Origin: Ignicoccus pacificus DSM 13166
GTDB taxonomy: Archaea > Thermoproteota > Thermoprotei_A > Sulfolobales > Ignicoccaceae
Assembly: GCA_025340205.1 (NCBI GenBank)
Contig: CP006868.1
Coordinates: 150,001-182,000, forward strand
Direction of reading: 5' to 3'
DNA: 32,000 bases
Part shown: piece after piece, positions 1-7,753 of the stretch
How the letters are laid out: the number at the start of each line of letters is the position of its first letter
Position numbering within the stretch: the first letter of the stretch is position 1
The notes under the pieces: model-generated
What the model saw: only the letters and a program-made list of their open reading frames with translations
The model's database searches: none
Told to the model about the DNA's origin: nothing
Program-made: the position numbers and the translations under genes

Positions 1-759
1 GACGTATTGGATACCTACGTCACCGGGCTCTAACGCCTCCACGAATTCCATGATCTTTGGAGTCTTACCATTAGCTATGTCCTCTAAGACCTTTAACGCT
101 TCTTCACCAATCACCTTAACTATGTTCTCCTTTCCGAGAGCCTCCGTCCTCAGCTTGAAGAGCTCGTGGGGCTTGCCATGTCCCTCGACGAGGAAGTAAA
201 AGGTAGAGGCTAAGATGTACTTGTTTTCAGCCCCCAGCTCTGTTAACCAAGCCAATCTGTCAGAGTAGCGGAACCGGTCCTTTCCGAAGTCGTAGTTCTG
301 AGCAGCTGCTAGGACCACGTTGAGTTGTTCAAAGCCGAGAAGCTTGTTGAGCCTCTCAAGGGTCTTTAAGCCGAGCTCTATTTGATAAGGCACCTCTACC
401 TTCTCATAGATCTTGCCGAGCAATTCCTTAGTTTCTTCCAATGCCTCTTGGGTACTCATGTTCTCAAAGAGTATTAAGTAGGCGGGGTAAGCGAGTAAGC
501 AGAAGTCTGGCTTGAAGCCGCATACGAGTATGCTAGGGCCGGCGCTTAGTAGCATTGCTACCATGTAAGCGCCTATGAAGTCAGGCTTAGTAGGCTCCAC
601 GGGAGACACGAAGGTCTCATAGCCCTGGAATACTATGTCACTATACACGTCGGAGAAGTAATCATCTATTAGGATTATCCTCCTCTCCGGGTCCAGTAAG
701 TAATCTATTCCGGGTCCTAGCAGTAGGATGTGTTTATTTCTTTCGACGAACTTGGGCAA
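1..759 (-). CDS. hypothetical protein, 3'-truncated by the window edge (253 N-terminal codons present)
   Basis: Absent from the ORF track because it has no stop inside the window. My translation of the minus strand is open from an in-frame TAG (786-784) to base 1. The first start-like codon is TTG at 759-757. Sequence: LPKFVERNKHILLLGPGIDYLLDPERRIILIDDYF...KIMEFVEALEPGDVGIQYV. Codon usage resembles neighbouring genes. No family recognised. Confidence 0.5.
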   Translation of the reverse strand, partial: MPKFVERNKHILLLGPGIDYLLDPERRIILIDDYFSDVYSDIVFQGYETFVSPVEPTKPDFIGAYMVAMLLSAGPSILVCGFKPDFCLLAYPAYLILFENMSTQEALEETKELLGKIYEKVEVPYQIELGLKTLERLNKLLGFEQLNVVLAAAQNYDFGKDRFRYSDRLAWLTELGAENKYILASTFYFLVEGHGKPHELFKLRTEALGKENIVKVIGEEALKVLEDIANGKTPKIMEFVEALEPGDVGIQYV

Positions 760-793
760 ACCCTTCTCCCCGAGGACACACGGCTACCTCGTT

Positions 794-860
794 TTGAGCC
801 TTGAGTCCTTTGTTGGTCGATCAACGAACTACATTGAAGCATATATCTTGAAAAACTCCT
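794..860 (+). promoter_or_regulatory. putative promoter/operator region of the nap-like operon
   Basis: A/T-rich TATA-like ATATAT lies at 841-846, about 35 nt upstream of the GTG start at 880, implying a short or absent leader. Upstream are a tandem TTGAGCC/TTGAGTCC (794-808) and an imperfect palindrome GTTGGTCGATCAAC (812-825). Confidence 0.3.
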
Positions 861-879
861 AGCGTTAAATCACTCATGG

Positions 880-3800
880 GTGAAGTGTTTGCCCAGCACG
901 ACCCGACGAAACCTTTTGAAGGCTATTGCCCTAGGAGCCGCTATGGCCACTGTTGGAAGAGCTATGAAGTCCCTAGGCCTTGCCAGCAAGTACCCCGAGC
1001 TAACTGAGTCCCTCGAATCCTTAGCCTCCATGCAAGCAACTAAGACCAAGTACGTAATGACCATTAAGCCCATAGGACCTTGTAGGTTCTGTGGAACCGG
1101 ATGTGGAGTTCAAGCTCAAGTACTCCTAGACCCCAAGACTGGTCTAGCCGTCAACATGTTCGCAATCCTAGGTATACCGGTTTACCCCGTCAACCACGGT
1201 GCGATGTGTACCAAGGCATTCTACATTGCTAAGGCTCTCGGTTACGCTGGCAACAAGAAGGCCTACGAGCTCAGGCTCAAGAAGCCTGCTGTCATCAAGG
1301 ACTGGATCATACCTGAGCTCGGTAGGCCTCCGATAAGGCCCGAGGAGATACCCCTAGCTCCTAGGGTGAGGGCTAGGCAAGTAAGCAAGAACTACGCTGC
1401 CACCCTCACCCAAGAGGAGCACTACAAGAAGAACATGGTCGAGATTGATTGGGACACTGCCGTCAAGTTCTTCACCACCATGTTTAAGTACGCTGTCCAG
1501 AAGTATGGTCCTCACTCCTTCGCTTACTATGGAAGCGGACAGCTCGGTACTGAGGAGAGCTACGTAATCAACAAGCTGACCAAGGCCGGTATACACACCA
1601 ACAACCTAGACGGTAACCCAAGAATGTGTATGGTCTCTGCCGTCGGAGGTTACATCACCGGCTTCGGTGCCGACGAGCCCGAGACCAGCTACGACCACAT
1701 AGACATCCCCGAGCCCACCACTAAGGTTCACGCCGACACCTTCCTACTGATCGGTACCAACACCGCTGAGGCTCACCCGATCGTCTTCGGTAGGATAGCT
1801 AAGGTGAAGGAGTCCAACAAGAACGTGAAGGTAATCCTAGCTGACCCCAGGAAGACCAGGAGCGGAGCCATCGCCGACCTATGGCTACCTCTAAGGTGGT
1901 CCATGGACGTAGCCTTCATGAACACGCTAGCTTACATCCTAGTCCACGAGCTAGCTAAATGTAAGGCCGACCCCGCTACTGGAAAGGTCGAGTGTGAGAA
2001 CCCCGAGTGGATCGACTTCAAGTGGCTGAAGAGGCACGCTGACTTCGCTATCATTGAGAAGTCCCAGAAGACTTGGGCCCACAAGGACTACAACACCAAG
2101 TACAACAACCTAGACGGCCTCAACGAGGTATGGGACATGGGTACTACCGCCAGCATAGCTGGCAACTACAAGACCTATCCGAGCATCGGTAAGGAGTACA
2201 AGAACGACGAGGAGATAGAGAAGGACTGGTGGAAGGGCTTCGCCCTCTACGTGAAGTTCCTAGAGCTATACAAGCCTGAGGTAATGGTGAAGATACTCTT
2301 CGGCGACGAGATGCCTCTAATCAACAGGAAGACCGCTGAGGCCCTAGTGAAGGCCGGAGAGCTAGACCCCAAGAAGGTCAACCTCAACGAGACCACTCCA
2401 TTCGTAGAGATCGATCCCATCGAGGCCATGAAGCTAGCCACCAAGTGGATGGCCAAGGGCAGGACCCTAGTGCTCTGGACCATGGGCATCAACCAGAAGA
2501 TCCAGGGTGTGCACTCCATCAACACAATCATGAACTTCCTAGCGCTTACCGGAAAGATCGGCAAGTGGGGATCCGGTACCCTATCCCTAACCGGACAGCC
2601 TAACGCGTGTGGAGGAATCAGAGACCAAGGTGGACTGGCTCACGTACTGCCTTACGGAAGGCTGATCGCCAACAAGGCCGCTAGGCTAGAGGTGCAGAAG
2701 ATATGGCAGGAGCTAACCGCCATGTACCTGAAGTACCAGGGCTACCCGCAGAGTGAGATCCAGAAGATCGTGAAGCAAGTGTACATCCACCCGGTGCCCG
2801 GACCTCACGTCATAGAGATGTTCAGAAGAGTGAACGCCGGACAGATCAAGGTAATATGGATTGCCGAGACCAACCCCGGACAGAGCCTACCCAACGTGTA
2901 CAAGTACAGGGTAGGAATGGCCAAGCCTCACGACGACGACCCAGCGTTCCCATTCGTGGTAGTCAACGACATCTACCCGACCAGGACTACCGACGTGGCC
3001 GACCTAGTGTTCCCAGCAGCCGCCTACGCTGAGAAGGAGTTCAAGTACGGATGTACCGAGAGGAGGTACAGCGTCGCTAGGTATGTGATCAGGCCTCCGG
3101 GACAAGCCATCGGAGACCACGTGATCTTCGCCATGATAGGTAAGGCTCTAGAGGACGAGGGACTAGTACCCAAGGCCATAACCAGCGGATTCTTCCCTGA
3201 GAGGAATGTGGACGAGGCCGCCAAGCAGGCCGGTTACAAGAGCTGGGTCGACTACATAGTCAACAAGAGCCAGGAGGTAGAGTGGCACAAGAAGTTCCTC
3301 GACAGGATCTGGAACTACGACATACTAAGCCTATGTAAGAACACCTACTATGACTTCAGCTATGTCAAGAGGGACTTCTTCAGGAAGCTAATCACCGGAT
3401 TCAGGTGGCCTTGGCCGTGGACCTACGCTTACAACAAGGACGTCAAGGCTAGGTACGACAAGTATCACTCCGCCACCAGGTACGCCTATCCGTATGATCC
3501 GCTAATGCCCAAGCCAGAGCTAATCAAGCAGATGTACGAGAAGATCAAGAACATGAACAATCCCGAGGAGATCCATGCGTACATAATGAGCATACCGGAC
3601 ACTGAGCTACACCCGATCCACAAGAAGAAGTGGCTACACAAGGTCTACCACAACGTGACCCTCTTCAAGTGGGTTCTGAAGAACATAGTCGAAGAGATCG
3701 ACGACATGGAGTACAAGAAGAAGAGCAAGGTACCCAGCGACTGGTACGTGATCTTCTACGCTAAGCCCACCGGAAGGATGACCATCTGGGCAAGGCCATG

Positions 3801-4602
3801 GCTACCCGTGAACATGGACCATGAGACCGGCAAGCAGACCATCAACAAGAAGGTGATAATAACTTGGGAGAAGCTAGATGCCGACGCCGTCTTCAAGGGC
3901 AAGATCTCCGTCTTCGCCGCTCCCAAGGGACCATTCAAGGTGCTCAAGAAGGTAGTAGCTGAACCCACTGGCAACCCAGAGGTAGGACTGAACGTGCTAG
4001 CTACCAAGAGCTGGGGTGACGCCCTCAAGAGCAACTACGAGGACGTGCAGGCGATCTTCCAGATAGCCCTAGCGCCCGCCGAGGCTCCTGGCTTCGTGAT
4101 GAAGTACAGGCTACCCGACGGAAGTGTGCTAACCGTGAGAGACGACAGGAACTACCCGATGGTGGCCACCACCGGAAGAGTGATCGAGCACTGGCACACC
4201 TGTACCATGACTTGTAAGGTGCCCGAGCTAGTGAGAGTGAAGCCCAGCGCCTACGTGGAGATCAACAAGAAGGTGGCCGACAAGCTAGGAATAAGGGACG
4301 GCGAGTGGGTGACCGTGGAGAGTCCCAGAGGAAAGGTAACTGTGCCGGCCAGAGTGTTAGACCCCAAGACCGGACTAGGAGGACCCAGAGCGGACTACAC
4401 CTTCATACCATGGTTCGACCCCAACAAGCTGGCTAACGCAATCACGCTGGACAACTACGACGTACAGCCGTACTTCTTCCAGCCAGACTTCAAGACCTGT
4501 GCCGCCTACATAAGGAAGGCTAGGCCCGACGAGATACCGCCGGGAGGAGTGAGGTCGCCGGTACAGACCGGCAAGCCCAAGTACAACATAAACTACGTCT
4601 AA
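880..4602 (+). CDS. napA: molybdopterin (bis-MGD) oxidoreductase catalytic subunit, periplasmic nitrate reductase NapA-like, Tat-exported, 1240 aa
   Basis: GTG start followed by a twin-arginine signal (STTRRNLLKAIALGAAMATVGRA). N-terminal [4Fe-4S] motif CRFCGTGCGVQA closely matches the bacterial NapA motif. Also present: PVNHGAMCTKAFY, YGSGQLGTEESY, NPRMCMVSAV (position of the Mo-ligand Cys in NapA), GTNTAEAHPIVF, LTGQPNACGG and TGRVIEHWHTCTMTCKVPEL (NapA: GRVLEHWHTGSMTRRVPEL). The substrate cannot be proven from sequence. Confidence 0.85.
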   Translation: MKCLPSTTRRNLLKAIALGAAMATVGRAMKSLGLASKYPELTESLESLASMQATKTKYVMTIKPIGPCRFCGTGCGVQAQVLLDPKTGLAVNMFAILGIPVYPVNHGAMCTKAFYIAKALGYAGNKKAYELRLKKPAVIKDWIIPELGRPPIRPEEIPLAPRVRARQVSKNYAATLTQEEHYKKNMVEIDWDTAVKFFTTMFKYAVQKYGPHSFAYYGSGQLGTEESYVINKLTKAGIHTNNLDGNPRMCMVSAVGGYITGFGADEPETSYDHIDIPEPTTKVHADTFLLIGTNTAEAHPIVFGRIAKVKESNKNVKVILADPRKTRSGAIADLWLPLRWSMDVAFMNTLAYILVHELAKCKADPATGKVECENPEWIDFKWLKRHADFAIIEKSQKTWAHKDYNTKYNNLDGLNEVWDMGTTASIAGNYKTYPSIGKEYKNDEEIEKDWWKGFALYVKFLELYKPEVMVKILFGDEMPLINRKTAEALVKAGELDPKKVNLNETTPFVEIDPIEAMKLATKWMAKGRTLVLWTMGINQKIQGVHSINTIMNFLALTGKIGKWGSGTLSLTGQPNACGGIRDQGGLAHVLPYGRLIANKAARLEVQKIWQELTAMYLKYQGYPQSEIQKIVKQVYIHPVPGPHVIEMFRRVNAGQIKVIWIAETNPGQSLPNVYKYRVGMAKPHDDDPAFPFVVVNDIYPTRTTDVADLVFPAAAYAEKEFKYGCTERRYSVARYVIRPPGQAIGDHVIFAMIGKALEDEGLVPKAITSGFFPERNVDEAAKQAGYKSWVDYIVNKSQEVEWHKKFLDRIWNYDILSLCKNTYYDFSYVKRDFFRKLITGFRWPWPWTYAYNKDVKARYDKYHSATRYAYPYDPLMPKPELIKQMYEKIKNMNNPEEIHAYIMSIPDTELHPIHKKKWLHKVYHNVTLFKWVLKNIVEEIDDMEYKKKSKVPSDWYVIFYAKPTGRMTIWARPWLPVNMDHETGKQTINKKVIITWEKLDADAVFKGKISVFAAPKGPFKVLKKVVAEPTGNPEVGLNVLATKSWGDALKSNYEDVQAIFQIALAPAEAPGFVMKYRLPDGSVLTVRDDRNYPMVATTGRVIEHWHTCTMTCKVPELVRVKPSAYVEINKKVADKLGIRDGEWVTVESPRGKVTVPARVLDPKTGLGGPRADYTFIPWFDPNKLANAITLDNYDVQPYFFQPDFKTCAAYIRKARPDEIPPGGVRSPVQTGKPKYNINYV

Positions 4603-4687
4603 CCTTAGTTTCTTTTTGAACATTAACTCCCCGATCAATTAAGCATACCTAAATCCTCCCCCTCCCTCTCAGATAGGGAGCTCTGTA

Positions 4688-5692
4688 TTGCCCGAGGGCA
4701 AGGTTTCTACAAATAGTGAAAAGAAGAGGAGCGAAGCCAGGAGAGACTTCATCAAAGCCCTGATAGCGCTGGGTCTCGTTACCGTGATATCCCCGCAAGT
4801 GATAGCAGAGCTTGAGAAGAAGCCGGAGGGTCTAACTGACGATGATTGGTACGAACCCTTTGACATAACGGACGATCCAAAGAGACAGCAGCAATACGAG
4901 GAAAGCGCCAAGCTTCAGTTGGGGTATTCGTTAGTTATTGAGGAGAACGGGAGGAAGCTGGTAGCTAATCCCCTGCTCCCCAAGAAGCCTATAACCTACA
5001 TGGTGAAGTACGAGAAAGATAGGTTCAGGCTCCCTCCTCCCGGCGCCAAGGACCTCTTCGCTAGGTGCATTAGGTGCGGTCTCTGTGCCTCCGCTTGTGC
5101 CTCCATGGGCTACCACGCCATAAGGCTGGGAGACTTCAAGGATGGATATGTAATGCTGGGCGTACCTATAGTTGACAACCAAATTGAGTATCCTTGTACC
5201 CTATGTATGGAATGTACTAAGGTATGTCCCACCGGGGCTCTGGAGGAGATACCTCAGAGAGAGGTGAAGATGGGTATAGCTTTGATCGATCCCGATCTCT
5301 GCTGGGCGTGGAACACTGGAGAGTGCTACAGCTGCGCCAAAGCTTGTCCCTTCGGAACGGAGGTATTCGCCTTCAGATTCAACGAGTGGGGAGCTCACAC
5401 GCGAGTGCTTCCCGACAAATGCAATGGATGTGGTATGTGCGTACAAGCCTGTCCGGTAGTAGGGTCAGCAATCCACGTCTTACCCCCTGAGGAGTACGAG
5501 AGGAGGGTGAAGAACTTCAAGAACACTGGAATGAGCTATGAGGAATACATTAAGCTCATCTGGAAGACTGAGGATAGCATGTATACCGACCCTATGGCAT
5601 CGCTTAAGTTGACTTGGAGGGTAAACGTCAACGTAGACTACATAGTCAATAAGAGAGGTTTGATTGAGAGCAAGGTAAAGAAAAGTATGTGA
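4688..5692 (+). CDS. napG: Tat-signal 4x[4Fe-4S] ferredoxin, NapG-like electron-transfer subunit
   Basis: TTG start 7 nt after GGGAG. Twin-arginine motif SEARRDFIKALIALGLV. Four Cys clusters: CIRCGLCASAC, CTLCMECTKVCP, CWAWNTGECYSCAKACP and CNGCGMCVQACP. It sits between the NapA-like and NapH-like genes. Confidence 0.75.
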   Translation: MPEGKVSTNSEKKRSEARRDFIKALIALGLVTVISPQVIAELEKKPEGLTDDDWYEPFDITDDPKRQQQYEESAKLQLGYSLVIEENGRKLVANPLLPKKPITYMVKYEKDRFRLPPPGAKDLFARCIRCGLCASACASMGYHAIRLGDFKDGYVMLGVPIVDNQIEYPCTLCMECTKVCPTGALEEIPQREVKMGIALIDPDLCWAWNTGECYSCAKACPFGTEVFAFRFNEWGAHTRVLPDKCNGCGMCVQACPVVGSAIHVLPPEEYERRVKNFKNTGMSYEEYIKLIWKTEDSMYTDPMASLKLTWRVNVNVDYIVNKRGLIESKVKKSM

Positions 5693-5703
5693 GGTGATAT
5701 AGT

Positions 5704-7269
5704 ATGGTAGCAGATGGGGTAAAGAAGAACAAGTACGTACAAAAGGTAGTGAAATTCATCGAGGGGAGGCCGAAGAGAGGAAGATACACCTACCTGAGGA
5801 GGTTCTTCCAACTAGCTATACTCTTCCTCTTCTCCACTCAACTAGTCTTCAACGGCTACTGGATAGAAGGAAGCTTAGCCTCCTCGAGGGTCCTAACCGT
5901 AATGGCACTCTTCCCCTTGGCCGTCTTGGGCCTCTATTATATGTACAAAGGAATGAAGGAGATAAGTGACGTCTACAGAAAAGAGTACTTCATAGGTCGA
6001 ATAGGGTTCATCATATTGGTTATAGGCCTAGCTCTGGCGTTCTTCTACCTCTTCCAAGGAGTAGAACCTACTCTCATGCTGAAGGTCGTTAAGAGAGTAG
6101 AAGGTAAACAAGTGGTGCACTACGTAACCAATTGGCCGTTGATCATTACTTCAAGCTTGCTAACGGCCGGAATAATCGTAATGTTGGTATCCATATGGCA
6201 CTTGGGCCATAGAGGAGGACACCTAGTTCACGTAGTCCTCCAAGCGATGCCGATATACTTGGCGATGGCAATAGCAGCTTCGTTCCTGCTGAATACGCCG
6301 CTAGTAATATTAGGCTCCCTAGCGGTGGTGAACGCATTCTTAGCCATGGCTCTCTTCTCATTCTACGTTAACAAGAGGACTACTGACCCTAAGCTAGCGA
6401 AGGCCTCAAAGGACTTCGCCACAGCCTTTGGAATAGCAGCGATAGGAGTCGGCATAGCCACCGTGGTCTTCGGGGTAGCGGGAGCTCAGAGCTTCGCCAC
6501 CTTCAAGTATCCCATGATGGACCCGATAGCTTGGCTAGAGCACGCGGTAGCGGACAGGGGCTTTACCGTCGAATCCGTCGTTGCAGTGCTAGTAGTGGTC
6601 TTCCTCTACTCTGTACTGGGAAGGTTCTTCTGCGGCTGGGTATGTCCGATGGACCTACTCTTCTCAATATTCGAAAAGAAGCTGAACATGCCCAGAGATC
6701 CTCCTCAGATCAGGTTCCATAAGCCAACGAAGGCAGAGAAAATAGTGCCCATAATCGCCATAGCGGCTTACTTGGTGCTATCTTACATCTTCGCTCTGCC
6801 GTTCTTCACGACGATGTCCCCGGTTGCGGGAGCCACGAAGTTCGGGGAGTTCCTAATAGGAGTGCTCTACGACATACCGGGAGCCACCATAGGTACCGCA
6901 ATAGCCTTCGGATGGATAACGGCCTATGCCTTAATAATAAATATAATCGCTGAAAAGGTGTTCAAGATAAAGAGGTTCTGGTGCAAGTACGTCTGTCCTA
7001 TAGGTAACTTCTACGGATTCATAATGAACAAGTTCAGTCCCTTCAGACTAAAGGTGTCCTATCCAGAGAAGTGTACTAAGTGTAACTTGTGTAGCATGGC
7101 ATGTCCTATGAGCATAGACCTAGTGGACTACATAGTGAAGGGTAAGGACATCATGGATCACAGATGTTTCCACTGTGGAAGGTGTGCCGAGGTCTGCCCC
7201 TTCGGAGTACTCGAGCTGGGCTTCAGACTGAGGCAGCCTAAGGAAAACGAGGAAAAAGGAGGTCAGTAA
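5704..7269 (+). CDS. napH: integral-membrane polyferredoxin, NapH/NosH/MauN-like, with a large membrane insertion
   Basis: ATG follows a strong SD, GAGGTGAT (5691-5698). NapH-type elements: N-terminal RRFFQLAILFLF...GSLASS, two membrane-proximal CxxCP motifs (FFCGWVCPMD, FWCKYVCPIG), and C-terminal 2x[4Fe-4S] (CTKCNLCSMACP, CFHCGRCAEVCP). Multiple hydrophobic helices. Confidence 0.75.
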   Translation: MVADGVKKNKYVQKVVKFIEGRPKRGRYTYLRRFFQLAILFLFSTQLVFNGYWIEGSLASSRVLTVMALFPLAVLGLYYMYKGMKEISDVYRKEYFIGRIGFIILVIGLALAFFYLFQGVEPTLMLKVVKRVEGKQVVHYVTNWPLIITSSLLTAGIIVMLVSIWHLGHRGGHLVHVVLQAMPIYLAMAIAASFLLNTPLVILGSLAVVNAFLAMALFSFYVNKRTTDPKLAKASKDFATAFGIAAIGVGIATVVFGVAGAQSFATFKYPMMDPIAWLEHAVADRGFTVESVVAVLVVVFLYSVLGRFFCGWVCPMDLLFSIFEKKLNMPRDPPQIRFHKPTKAEKIVPIIAIAAYLVLSYIFALPFFTTMSPVAGATKFGEFLIGVLYDIPGATIGTAIAFGWITAYALIINIIAEKVFKIKRFWCKYVCPIGNFYGFIMNKFSPFRLKVSYPEKCTKCNLCSMACPMSIDLVDYIVKGKDIMDHRCFHCGRCAEVCPFGVLELGFRLRQPKENEEKGGQ

Positions 7270-7682
7270 CCTCCTCTCATTTGCTCGAGAATTGTTTTTA
7301 TATAGTTCTTTGCGTCCTCGTCTAAAGCAATTTCTCCATTTAAGAGCATCTCGTTTATCGCGTCCTCCAGGGCCTTGTCTTGGAGAAAGCCGTAGCTCAC
7401 GTAAGCCTTAGCGACGCCGGGATGGGCCTCCGCTGCCTTGATCAAGTCCTCGAGCTGGTTGACCGTCTCGGCCTCTACGTAGTAGACGATGTACAAGTCA
7501 GTACCCAAGTCATATAACTCAAAGCCCAAAGACTCCAAGTGTTTCTTTATCTCCTCTATCTTGGCAGGGTCACCCCTATGAGTGGGATTTACCAAAATGA
7601 AGCCTGTGGCGAACGGCATAGCCTTCCTACCCTTGTCCTTAATCGTGTCCAGGTTTTTGAATAACTCACTAATGGCACCCAT
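7263..7682 (-). CDS. small cytoplasmic protein with a ferredoxin-like (beta-alpha-beta-beta-alpha-beta) core; NapD-like chaperone candidate or stand-alone RAM/ACT-like domain
   Basis: 139 aa. The core GFILVNPTH...IEEIKKHLESLGFELYDLGTDLYIVYYVEAETVNQLEDLIKAAEAHPGVAKAYVSYGF aligns by eye with E. coli NapD (...GQLIVVVEAEDSETLIQTIESVRNVEGVLAVSLVYH). It is convergent with napH and overlaps its 3' end by 7 nt. Confidence 0.6.
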   Translation of the reverse strand: MGAISELFKNLDTIKDKGRKAMPFATGFILVNPTHRGDPAKIEEIKKHLESLGFELYDLGTDLYIVYYVEAETVNQLEDLIKAAEAHPGVAKAYVSYGFLQDKALEDAINEMLLNGEIALDEDAKNYIKTILEQMRGGY

Positions 7683-7753
7683 GTTCGCTAGTATACGCCG
7701 ATGATAGCTCTAACTAATATAGTAGCCTTGATGAGGAGTGGCGGAGTGAGAGC

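Noticed and set aside
870-1073. 67-aa minus-strand ORF across the napA start
   Set aside because: It is antisense to the Tat signal/N-terminus of the NapA-like gene and would occupy the promoter region. It has no features of its own.
7700-7734. Possible C/D-box sRNA (GATGATA at 7700-7706 and TTGATGA at 7728-7734) in the divergent promoter gap
   Set aside because: There are no CTGA D/D' boxes at the required spacing on either strand and no terminal stem. The motifs are more simply explained as chance occurrences in an A/T-rich promoter region.
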